From: Chrysomallon squamiferum
Taxonomy: Eukaryota; Animalia; Mollusca
Reading direction: 5' to 3'
Length of the DNA stretch: 64,000 bases
Assembly (NCBI GenBank): GCA_012295275.1
Contig: CM022679.1
Coordinates: 3,968,001 to 4,032,000, forward strand
The notes below the pieces were generated by a model that searched no databases, was not told where the DNA came from, and saw nothing but the letters and a program-made list of their open reading frames with translations. Below are positions 14,693 through 24,200 of this stretch, in pieces (position 1 is the stretch's first letter; each line of letters starts with the position of its first letter). A program made the position numbers and the translations under genes.

Positions 14693-15086
14693 ATTAAAGG
14701 TATAAGGAATGTATTTTATTAATATTGCAGTTTTATCAAAAATATATGATTTAATTCAGGTAATTTGGAATTAAATTTTACCTTGTTTTTGATTGTTTGG
14801 GTAATATTGTTAATTAATAAATGTTCCTGTAAATTAATAAATCATTATACAGAAATTTTAATAGGATGTGAAATTAACTAAAATAAATGACATGTATAAT
14901 AAATATTTAATATTGAAGTAATATCTAAGTAAGCAAATAAAATGATTCACAACTACAACTGTAGTAAAAATAATAATCATAACAAAAATAAGAAAGATAT
15001 ATTTAAGAATTATTACATTATACATTTATATAATTCAGTTTACTTTTCTAATAATAATACTAAAAATATTAAAAATAAATAAAAAA

Positions 15087-15145
<59 letters not shown>

Positions 15146-15274
15146 ATGAAATGAAATAAAATAAAACCAAGAGATAAAAAATTCAACTTTTTAAATATGA
15201 TAACCAATTTTTAATTCAAATATTTATTGTAAAATTATATACACCAATAAAAAAAAAAAGAAAAGAAAAGAACA

Positions 15275-15308
<34 letters not shown>

Positions 15309-17381
15309 TTAAAATAATTACACAAATTTTGTTTCATTACAGTTACCACTAATTATTGTTATTGTTTTTATTATTATTCATTATTACAGTTATTATTTTC
15401 CTTTTTCTTTCTACAGTTTTTCCTCCCTTCACCCAAATTACAATTTTTATTTTTTATTTTATTTTTTTAAATATTAAATAATATTATTTTGAAAAATCCT
15501 TTACTTTCTTTTGCTTCATTCATTTTCATCTTGTGCTTTTTTGTTTTTTTTTAAATATTTTTATTTGCGCTTTACATTGTGAGATTTGTATGTTGTTAAC
15601 AGCATTGGTGTTTACTTTGTTTATTTTGTGATAAATCTATTTAGACTGCTATTTGTTAGTTCATGTTTGGTGTTAACTCTGTTTGGATTGTTCAAAGATT
15701 TACGTAAAAATGTGTGAAGTGAATATTGTAATGTGTATTATAAAAAAATATAAATGTAGTGAAATGAAGTAATTTTCAGGCAAGTCAATTTGTAATATGA
15801 AATATATTAATTTAATGTTTAACTTGATTTCACGTAATTTAATTTAATTTAATTTGTTTTTGTTTTTTTCTTTACCCGAATTTTATATGAGTTATGTTCC
15901 TTAAGTTTTTACTGTGAATGTATAATGATCCAAATGAACTCCTTTAGAAATAGAAAAATTAAGAGATCATTGTTTGAAAAGTTATGGACTGATTTAAGCA
16001 AATTACAAATTCTGATAAGGAAAATTTTAAAGAAAAGATTTATTTTGCATAATATGAAATTTTTATTTTATTATTATTTTTTTAAATCAAAATTTATCTT
16101 AACTGGCTAACCACTGTTTATAAAAAAACAACAACAACCCAAAACATTGAAAAACAAAAACAATACAAAGACAAACAACAAAGAACAAATGCATTTTTTT
16201 TGTGTCTAAAATGAGTTATTTACAAATCTCAGAATAATTTAAAATACGTAATTAAATAACACAACAGTCTATAAATCCTTGCCTGTTTCCACTGTTTATT
16301 AAAATATTTTAATTTAAAAAAAAAATGTATATTATTATTTTTAACTTTTTTTATTTTTTTTAAAGTAGATTATTTCATTTCATTTATTTAACAGCCCCAA
16401 CTCAAGCACCATCCAATGTACGAGCGATATCCCAGAGTTCATCATCTATATATATCACTTGGACCCCCCCACCCCCAGCGTCACAGAATGGAGGACTGTC
16501 TGGATACAAGGTAGATCTTTAATAAACTCACTGTGAATTATTAACATGGTTTTTCTGCAGAGATGCTAAACTTCATTAGAAAAATTATTAGAAAATCTAC
16601 ATGAAAATTACTTAATAATTGGTAAAAAAGAAGCCATAATAAAAAGGTATGTTTTATTTATTAATCTATCGTTGAAAATCTGCATACACGCGCACTGTTC
16701 CCCTATGCAGGAATAGGAGGGCATCCACCCTGACCCTTTTTGGGGGCTGCCCTTGTGCCCAAAATTCAGAACAGATGCCCGCCCCCCTCATTTGCCTAAA
16801 TTCTCATAATTATTACAATACTTCTTCAAAAAAGTCTATCATTACTACTGTCTGCAGGCATCAGTTTGTCAGGCAAACAACACTTTTTAGTGCCAGTGAA
16901 CGAACATGAAAGTCACTTTTATAGCAGATTCTATACTGGCCAGCCAAATGTTATACAAACCAAACAGTTAATCTACTGAATGTGGTTAAAATATTTTTAA
17001 AATGTTAATGTTTAAAATTTTAATTCCTTTTTCATATATGAATTCTATTTTTCGATTCTGTCATGTATTGCAGATTCTCTACTGGCCAGCCAACATGTCT
17101 ACTGAGCATGCTCAGACTAAAATCTCCCCTGACTCTCATTTTCTCCTGGGAGAACTGGACACATTCACTATGTATCGGATGACTGTCCAAGCTTACAATT
17201 TGGCTGGAGATGGTCCAAAAAGTGTCATAGTGTCTAATCGTACTCTGGAAGGAGGTAATTGATAAATGTTTTTATTATTGTTATTTTTGTATAGGTGTAG
17301 GTGTGTTCTTCGTTATTTTTCTTTTTGTTTCCTTCTGATTTTATCATGATCATGATCATAATCATGATGATGATGATGATC

Positions 17382-17419
<38 letters not shown>

Positions 17420-20400
17420 TAGAATTTAATTATTTTATTTATAAAATTGCCATTTTGTCTATAATACATCTACTAGAACATCTCTTTTCTGTTGTTTTTT
17501 TTCTCTAAATTAATCTTTTTTGCCTCATGCATAATAGTTTCATTTGTTTCAAAACATAAATTATTGCCGAAATCAAGATGTTGCAAAAGATGTTTGTTAT
17601 TTAAATTGTTGTTAAAATGGCTCGACAAAATTAATTTGACATTACTTTTTAAGTTCATTAAATGTCAGTGCAGTAAAAGATTTTAGAAGTTACTACATTA
17701 TTTTTCAGTTCCAACCATTCCTGGAGAGCTGCACTTTTCAAATATAACATTAGAGATGATCACAGTGAGATGGTCATCGCCACAGAAACCCAATGGAAAG
17801 ATCATCAAATATGAACTTATTTACTTTCTCTCTCAGCCTGATGGATGTAAGAAGTGATTTGTCTTTGTTTTAGCAGTAGAGTTACAAGTTGATGTTTAAT
17901 TAGTAGTTGTACTTCAGTTTATGCATTTGTGTTATTGTGGGTGGCAGAATCAGTCTTGCTTGGGGCTGCTTTCTGTGATACTTGTTGAGTTATCAAAGAT
18001 TCCTTGCTTCAGGTAGTCAAGGGTAAACTACATCTTCTTTTTTTTCGACTTTATATTTTTGAAAAGAGATTGAATCAATAATGAAAAATAAAACACCAAA
18101 ACACCCCAACATAATTAGCAATGAAAATTGACTGTACATTTATTTTTTTAATATTTCTTCTTGCATTGAGTTCTTTCCCTTTGTTTCAGTGGAGACCAAG
18201 TTGGTGAAGCTTTTCCTCAATGGCTCCCAGCACCGCATCACTATTGATGAACTGAACGAATACAGCAACTACACGTTTGAGATACGTGCACGAACATCAG
18301 TGGGCTTTGGTCCAGCAAGGACAAGCAGCGTAGTGACCGGTCCACAGCCTGGCTGTAAGAACTGATCATTTATTTATCTACTTTAACAGGTCTTGTCACT
18401 GCACTTTTTTCCTTCATCTGTGACTTCTCCTTTATGTTAGCATCTTTCCCTGACTGTGCTGTGCCCTCGAATTGATTTTGTTGTCTTTCCATCAATCCTG
18501 TCTCTATTCTGACCTGTTGTAATAAAAGACTTATTTGTTTTGAAAAATTGTAAATGTAAGAGTTCATTCCAGGACTGTTTGTGTCATCCATCAGAGATTC
18601 AGTGTTGTGACAGTCTGGAGTTGAAATTATTTTGGAAAGGAACACGGAATTTCATTTCCTTTTATTTGAATCAAATTTGTTTTGGTTATCTGGTTTTGAA
18701 GTATTGATTAAAAAACAGCATGATGGAGCCACTAGATCTATTCACTTTGATGTAAGATTAATTTTATCATACTTGAAGAATATGTCAACCACCAAACTGT
18801 TTTCCACTCCACACAGTATCAGATGAAACAAACCAGAATGGAATGGAGGCAGACACTTTTCTGTCATACCAGTAAACAAAAAACACTGCATCACTTAACT
18901 GTCATTGTAAAGTTTTTTTTATTTTGTTTTTGTTGCAGTGGCCCCAGGCAAACCAACAAAACCAGTTTTGGAATTGAAAGACAAGTTTGTCACGTTGTCC
19001 TGGATGAACACTGGGGAAGGATCATCTCAGATTTACGGCTACAAGATTCAGGCTAAAGCAGAAGGTAACAATTCTTTGTCTTCAAACTGACTAAAACTTA
19101 CAACATTGTTATTGTAAATTTCCTGAAAAATAAAATAAATATTAATTATTACGATTTAAACAATTTTTTTTCACAAACATTTCATTACTTTCATTTATTT
19201 ATTTTATTTATTTATATTTATATTACTATTTCGTCTGAAAAGTCTTAAAAACCCCACAAAAAACAAGCAACATTTGTCTATTTTTTCTTCTCCAGATGAG
19301 CAAAAGTTTATGACAATTATGCAGAAGAACTCGCGTGAACCGACAGCTTTGATCAGCTTCCAGAACTTGACGCCAGACACTCGCTACCAGTTCCGTGTGA
19401 TAGCCATCAACTCAGACAGCATCAGTCCTCCCAGTGACCCCTCACAGTACCAGCTAACTCCTGGACCAGGTGACCCTTCAAACATCTCTTCTTTATTAAA
19501 CTGTGTTTTAGACATGTAGGTACACAGAGATCTAATTTAATGTATGAGTAAAATGCCTTGATACATGTTAAAGAGTCTGAGCTCAGAAAAATAACTTGTG
19601 TACCAGGTGAAACTTTATTTCTATTGTTAAATAAATTAGCTGTGTATCACTTGATCAAAGAGTTCTGATTATATCTTCACAGCGGTCAGTCCTATTGGCA
19701 CAGTAAAGCCGTTCCACACAGAGTGGTGGTTCCTGGTTATCATTGCGCTTACCGGAGTCATCATCATCCTGGTCATCATCTCCTTGTTGTGTCTTGTCAG
19801 TCGCAGACACAAATCTAACAGTGAGCTGCTTTTATTTATTAAAAGTCATTCTTTGTGTTCAGATGCTGTTTTATATCATGCTAAAATTCAGTTTTTGTAA
19901 TTCTGTTTTCCAAAAATGTAGAATGTCAGTATCTTGGAATAGAAGTTTAAGGGACAATGAGTTTTTGACATTAATGTAGCATATTGTTTCTGAATAATTT
20001 AATAACATTACTCTAATTGTCATTTTATGTCTGTTTTGTATCTGTCTGCTATCTTCTGCCTGCCTCTCTCTCTGTCTCTCTGTGATATTTGTAGTCTCTG
20101 TTTATCCACTTGCTAATGCACATACTTTTTGTGACAAAGAGATGAAAAGGTCCCAGACAACGACCACTGTAGCCTCCGAGTCACCTGAGCCAGATGATGG
20201 AGGATTTCCAACATACGAGCTGCGACAGTCCAGAAGAAATGTCAATATGAGAAATGGCTCGGCTAAAAATATATATGCAAGGTTTGTTTGTGTTTTTTAA
20301 ATTCAAAATAATATCATCTTCTGTTTAATGAAATTAAAAAATAAAAAATAATAATAATAATTTTGGTTTGTGAATTTTAAGACTGATAACAAAAAAACCA

Positions 20401-21293
20401 AAATCAAATGCAAATATAAATTACAGAAAAAATAAAGTGATCACAAAATAAAGGAATGTATAATTTAAAATGATAACGTGTATATGCTTTGCAAGTGAAC
20501 AGTTTTTATATTAGGAGGGTTTATTAGATTAAATCTGCTCAGATACAAACTACTGTGTGAGCATGTATGTGAGTGAATGAGTGAGTGAACTCACAAGTTT
20601 GTTTCTCTTTGAGTGCAGGTCTCCCCCCAGGCCCAGTCCTGCTAGCGTCACCTACTCTGATGATGACCTCGCCATGGCAAAAGGTCCAATTCCAGATGAC
20701 AACAGCAGCAGCATCACAGAGAAACCGTCCGAATTGGGAGACTCGACAGAGGTGACTGATCATCACTGTTTTATTTTTTTATTTTATGAAAATAATATAT
20801 GTATTTATAAAATCATTTTTATGAGCCAGCGAATTAACAAGTCAAAAAACTGAAAACTGTTGATATATCTGACAAAGGATTAATCATTAAACTTCATTAT
20901 TTGCATTAAAAAACAACTGAAAATATCCAAAACAACACTTCTGTTATTTTTGGTATTTTAAAGTGTCATAAAACTTCAAGAATATGTGTGTACAAGTGTA
21001 AACGTACATTTTGAAAATGAATTTGTTTTGTGTTTCAGCCTAGTGATGATGAAAGTGATCTGGAAAGTGAGAAAGGACCATCGTCTCCCCCTCCCCCTCC
21101 ATTCACGCACTATGCTAACAAAGACAATGTGAGACAATCTTGGCGCTTCCCTAGCCCTCACAATGCGTACGCTTACACTGACAGTGAGGTGGAAAGCAGC
21201 CACTATGCAATGAGTCTGAACAATGGAGACATTGTAGTGAACAACACAGCAGGCTCAAGGACTCCTCTCACCGGATTTTCATCATTTGTATGA
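1..21293 (+). CDS. sdk: Sidekick (Ig superfamily cell-adhesion protein), 5'-truncated multi-exon gene: 3 Ig + 13 FN3 + TM + cytoplasmic tail
   Basis: Spliced translation gives 3 Ig domains, exactly 13 FN3 repeats, TM segment [14 protein letters not shown], cytoplasmic [15 protein letters not shown] and C-terminal [14 protein letters not shown]. The 13-FN3 architecture and the GFSSFV PDZ-binding end are Sidekick hallmarks. Confidence 0.96.
565..692 (+). CDS. sdk: sdk exon, Ig C-half ([32 protein letters not shown]...)
   Basis: Acceptor TTGCAG, DxGxYxC motif, donor GTGAGT, phase 2 to 1. Confidence 0.92.
1405..1521 (+). CDS. sdk: sdk exon, Ig N-half ([38 protein letters not shown])
   Basis: AG/GT boundaries, 117 nt, phase 1 to 1. 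Confidence 0.92.
1921..2085 (+). CDS. sdk: sdk exon, Ig C-half (...[14 protein letters not shown]...)
   Basis: AG/GT boundaries, 165 nt, phase 1 to 1. Confidence 0.92.
2659..2952 (+). CDS. sdk: sdk exon, last Ig domain ([10 protein letters not shown]...[25 protein letters not shown])
   Basis: AG/GT boundaries, 294 nt, complete Ig fold. Confidence 0.93.
3040..3460 (+). repeat. Degenerate T-rich tandem repeat, about 3 copies
   Basis: Recurring ATTTACAAATTATT..TAGAACATT and TCTTCCTCTTATTT blocks. Confidence 0.8.
3674..3814 (+). CDS. sdk: sdk exon, FN3-1 N-part (ELPRQP...[14 protein letters not shown]...)
   Basis: AG/GT boundaries, 141 nt, FDGNSP motif. Confidence 0.92.
4425..4613 (+). CDS. 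sdk: sdk exon, FN3-1 C-part (...[21 protein letters not shown]...)
   Basis: AG/GT boundaries, 189 nt. Confidence 0.92.
5159..5781 (+). CDS. sdk: sdk exon, FN3-2 and FN3-3, with an apparent 1-nt deletion near 5731
   Basis: Phase 1 to 1 exon of 623 nt, not a multiple of 3; the FN3 end [16 protein letters not shown] lies in a shifted frame. Confidence 0.88.
6341..6439 (+). CDS. sdk: sdk exon, FN3-4 N-part ([33 protein letters not shown])
   Basis: AG/GT boundaries, 99 nt. Confidence 0.92.
6755..6946 (+). CDS. sdk: sdk exon, FN3-4 C-part (GYTLMWEK...IKSGVPP)
   Basis: AG/GT boundaries, 192 nt. Confidence 0.92.
7358..7728 (+). CDS. sdk: sdk exon, FN3-5 and start of FN3-6
   Basis: AG/GT boundaries, phase 1 to 0, [12 protein letters not shown] motif. 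Confidence 0.93.
8178..8428 (+). repeat. 26-bp minisatellite AAAGTAATAAATATAAATTTTGTTTT, about 9-10 copies
   Basis: Period of 26 seen directly (8282, 8308, 8334). Confidence 0.9.
8490..8736 (+). CDS. sdk: sdk exon, FN3-6 C-part ([14 protein letters not shown]...ERTRES)
   Basis: AG/GT boundaries, phase 0 to 1. Confidence 0.92.
9095..9210 (+). CDS. sdk: sdk exon, FN3-7 N-part (VPSASP...QNGMIQGYK)
   Basis: AG/GT boundaries, phase 1 to 0. Confidence 0.92.
9728..9914 (+). CDS. sdk: sdk exon, FN3-7 C-part (...[20 protein letters not shown]...KTFED)
   Basis: AG/GT boundaries, phase 0 to 1. Confidence 0.93.
10348..10638 (+). CDS. sdk: sdk exon, FN3-8
   Basis: AG/GT boundaries, 291 nt, TAKTRLGWG motif. 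Confidence 0.93.
11396..11594 (+). CDS. sdk: sdk exon, FN3-9 N-part (RPDSPSKP...[14 protein letters not shown]...)
   Basis: AG/GT boundaries, phase 1 to 2. Confidence 0.92.
12054..12157 (+). CDS. sdk: sdk exon, FN3-9 C-part ([20 protein letters not shown]...)
   Basis: AG/GT boundaries, phase 2 to 1. Confidence 0.92.
12524..12594 (+). CDS. sdk: sdk exon, FN3-10 N-part ([23 protein letters not shown])
   Basis: AG/GT boundaries, phase 1 to 0. Confidence 0.92.
13190..13409 (+). CDS. sdk: sdk alternative (mutually exclusive) exon A, divergent FN3-10 C-part (LPPKETWN...[17 protein letters not shown]...EL)
   Basis: Acceptor TTTTCAAG, donor GG|GTAACT, 220 nt, phase 0 to 1, intact FN3 core; paralogous to the 14118 exon. 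Confidence 0.78.
14118..14343 (+). CDS. sdk: sdk alternative (mutually exclusive) exon B, canonical FN3-10 C-part (QPPSETWNG...[15 protein letters not shown]...YVGEA)
   Basis: Acceptor CCCCAG, donor G|GTAAGG, 226 nt, phase 0 to 1, Sidekick-typical VGEA end. Confidence 0.92.
16395..16510 (+). CDS. sdk: sdk exon, FN3-11 N-part (APTQAPSNV...QNGGLSGYK)
   Basis: AG/GT boundaries, phase 1 to 0. Confidence 0.92.
17074..17254 (+). CDS. sdk: sdk exon, FN3-11 C-part (...[13 protein letters not shown]...RTLEG)
   Basis: AG/GT boundaries, phase 0 to 1. Confidence 0.92.
17709..17846 (+). CDS. sdk: sdk exon, FN3-12 N-part ([14 protein letters not shown]...PNGKIIKY...)
   Basis: AG/GT boundaries, 138 nt. 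Confidence 0.92.
18190..18354 (+). CDS. sdk: sdk exon, FN3-12 C-part (...[15 protein letters not shown]...TGPQPG)
   Basis: AG/GT boundaries, 165 nt. Confidence 0.92.
18939..19064 (+). CDS. sdk: sdk exon, FN3-13 N-part (APGKPTKP...[15 protein letters not shown])
   Basis: AG/GT boundaries, 126 nt. Confidence 0.9.
19296..19469 (+). CDS. sdk: sdk exon, FN3-13 C-part (...[16 protein letters not shown]...)
   Basis: AG/GT boundaries, 174 nt. Confidence 0.92.
19683..19820 (+). CDS. sdk: sdk transmembrane exon ([38 protein letters not shown])
   Basis: AG/GT boundaries, 138 nt, hydrophobic helix followed by basic residues. Confidence 0.93.
20095..20281 (+). CDS. sdk: sdk cytoplasmic exon; start uncertain (in-frame acceptors give 20095 or 20140)
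   Basis: [32 protein letters not shown]...; donor AG|GTTTGT, phase 2. Confidence 0.8.
20619..20751 (+). CDS. sdk: sdk cytoplasmic exon ([16 protein letters not shown]...SITEKPSE)
   Basis: AG/GT boundaries, conserved Sidekick tail motif. Confidence 0.92.
21039..21293 (+). CDS. sdk: sdk terminal coding exon ending in the PDZ ligand GFSSFV*
   Basis: Acceptor TTTCAG, stop TGA at 21291-21293. Confidence 0.95.
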   Translation, partial: PSDDESDLESEKGPSSPPPPPFTHYANKDNVRQSWRFPSPHNAYAYTDSEVESSHYAMSLNNGDIVVNNTAGSRTPLTGFSSFV

Positions 21294-24200
21294 CGAAGAA
21301 TTGCTGTTTTTTTTGTATTATGTTAGCCTCACATGAAATGCTTCAGCCCTCATAGTTTAAAAAAAAAAAAATATATATATATATATATTTATTTTTGTAA
21401 TAACGAAGGTGAGGGTGAATTTTACTGTGATTGTTGAAGATTTTATTTTATAGAGAAAGTGATTCTGGATGTGGTATTCACTGCCTGCCTTAGCAATGAT
21501 GAAATAATCAAATACTGGCCAAAGAATCAGTCATTGAGGTGACAGGTGTTTGTTCATGAAATACACTGAGAGACAGCAACATTTTTTTTTTTTTTTTTAC
21601 TGCAGCTAATAAGGGCAAAATGTCTTCAGTGCTGGTATAACAGCATGGAGGGATTATGGAATCTCAGAGCAGATAGAAAAGCCAACAAGGTAATCTATCT
21701 GAGTAGAATGAAACTGTTTGAAGTTAAAGGTAATTCATGGTCAGTGACCTTCTGACAAAAATAACAAAGAGTAAGCAGACTGCTGGCAGTTAGAAGGAAT
21801 TCGTGTCTAGACCTTATCAAATACATTGAAATATCTTGCAATGAGACACCACAGTGAACAGTGTCCATTGACCTCCATTTTATAATGGTGAATGATCATC
21901 ACAACACAGCTTGGGAAAAAGAAAAATTAAAAATATTGCACAAAACAGTGTATTCGTAAATTTGGAGAGATAAAAATAAATTGAAAAATACCAAAGTGTT
22001 CATTGAGTGACTGTAGTACAGTGTCCACTGACCAGTATGAATGCACAGGTGTTATAAGAAATCAGTGGGTGGTGTTAATATTTCCTCTCTTGTGGAGCAT
22101 GCAGTGAAGAAGGAAAACAAGAAAATGGACACAACTCAGTGTTGCTAAAGATATCCAAACATTCAGTGCCAGTTAAAATGTAGGACAACAGGCCAGCATA
22201 CTTTGATAGAACACAACAGTGTTGTTCAAATTTACATTTTGTACACAGGCTCACTGTATAAAAATATCAGTGTGTTTTGTGAACAGTACTGCCAACCAAG
22301 AATTCATTTGATGTCCACTACAGAACTGAAAGATTTCAGACTGTGTGAGTTAAATAGCACTATAAACAAGCAAGAATTTTGTTTTACTACAGCATGGATG
22401 TGATGTTTGGCATTTTTGCCTTGTTAACAAGATGATCCCATTGTTACTATGATGGTCCCATTTGTTTTTTGTACATGTGGCCAAAAATGTGTTAAAAATA
22501 ATATCTATGCATATACATCATAACAACTTCAGGAGAATATATAATATAAATGCATTAAGCCATCAACATAATTGTCAATGTTTGAATGTATGTTTTTAAT
22601 GTGAAGATGTTTGTATGTAGGATGGGTGAAATGTTTTAGTTTTATAGATGGCTTTTTTGTCTTTGATTCAAGACAACTACATTAATGCTATGTTTTTGAC
22701 TTTAGTTTTTTATAATAATGTTTCTTGTGTGTTTTTGTTTTTTAAAAAGCAAGAATTTATGATATATTAAAACATGGTAGTTTACTAAGCTGACACTGTA
22801 AGTTAATAAGCAAGAACCCCACAAAACCCCACATTTAATATTTTCAGTTATTCTTTTTCCATCTCATCCCTTTTTGTATATCAACCTAAAAATTAAAAGG
22901 AATCATTCATAAATATACACAAAGTATTTAATTGCAATAATTATCTAGTCAAATAAATACATTAACATTATGCATATGTATATCTGTGGTAACAGAAGGA
23001 GATAATGAAACATTCTTTATGCATGCTTTGATGTGATTATTTTACTACTCACAACCAATCTTTGCTAATAATAAAATATGATCATTAATTAATAGCTAGA
23101 TGTTTATAACTGTCATTTTATTCGTTTTATGTTTATCACACATAAAATAATTGAATACTTTGTAAAGACTGCTTGCAAGAAACAAAGCAATCAGTTGTAA
23201 TAATAAGTATTTTCATTTACTGCATTTCAAATAGTTATTTTTCATAATATTACATTACTTCATTAGTTGTGTTATATAATGTGTGTAAGTGGATATTGAA
23301 TCAGATTAACACACGCTTCTTTTCAATATATTATCTCTTGCTTCTCAAATTTATTTTATGATTAGTAATTAAAATTAGTATGTAAATGAAGAAGATTTTC
23401 TTATTTCAAATTTTTCAGTGTTTCTGATAGCAAATTCTTCCTCATTAATTTTTTTGCCCCTATTTAACTTTTCTTAATTTTATTGTATTTTGCTAATTCT
23501 CTAATTAGATAATATACAGAAATATATTGAAATATTTTCTTGTAAACCAAAGAACAATAGCCAGATTAAAAAGTAGTGTTAAAAACATTTAAGTAATGGC
23601 TGTGTTTTTGAAGTTTAATCTTTCATTTTAAAACTCCAGACAGCAAATTTCTGAGAGGGCTTAGTAACTTCAAGCTAGGTTTTCTTAGTCATTTCATATT
23701 ATTATTATTATTTTAAAACTTTTTTCATCTGATAGCCAGTAATTTTTTTTCTTGTCACTGTCTCATTAAAATTTCACAGAAGAAATTTTTTTACATGAGG
23801 GTCCAAACTACAGTGAAGCAATGTATATTAGTATTAAGTATTATATTGTTTTTAACATAGCATTTATTTAGTGGACATCTGTCTGCAGTTAATTTAACTG
23901 TAAAAATTATTATATTTACTATCTGTTAAATATATATAAAACATAAAATGTAATGCTCAAGTGCATTTTAGCTGAAGCAAGTCCCAGAAACTTCAGGAAC
24001 AGAATGGGGAAGTGTTGTCTCCCTTTTATCTTCACTGAGAACACCATTGTTAATGGACATTGTTACGTAGTGAAAGCAATTTGCTTAGTACTTATTTGTT
24101 AGACATTCCATATTACCAGATTCATTCCTTATTAGTTGTTTTATTGTATATATCTAAGAGCAACAATAAATTATTGTATTTTTTGTGTGAAAGTGAACAA

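Noticed and set aside
14344-16394. A third FN3-10 alternative exon in the long intron after exon B
   Set aside because: No FN3-like open frame found; acceptor-like sites lead to stops or low-complexity sequence.
18817-18875. Possible alternative terminal exon ([19 protein letters not shown]) giving a secreted Sidekick
   Set aside because: Only an acceptor-like CACAG and 19 codons; no frame-preserving donor or clear poly(A) support, so compatible with chance.
1-21293. Dscam, Robo or L1 as the identity of the Ig/FN3 gene
   Set aside because: Thirteen consecutive FN3 repeats, the EWWFLV TM start and the GFSSFV terminus specify Sidekick.
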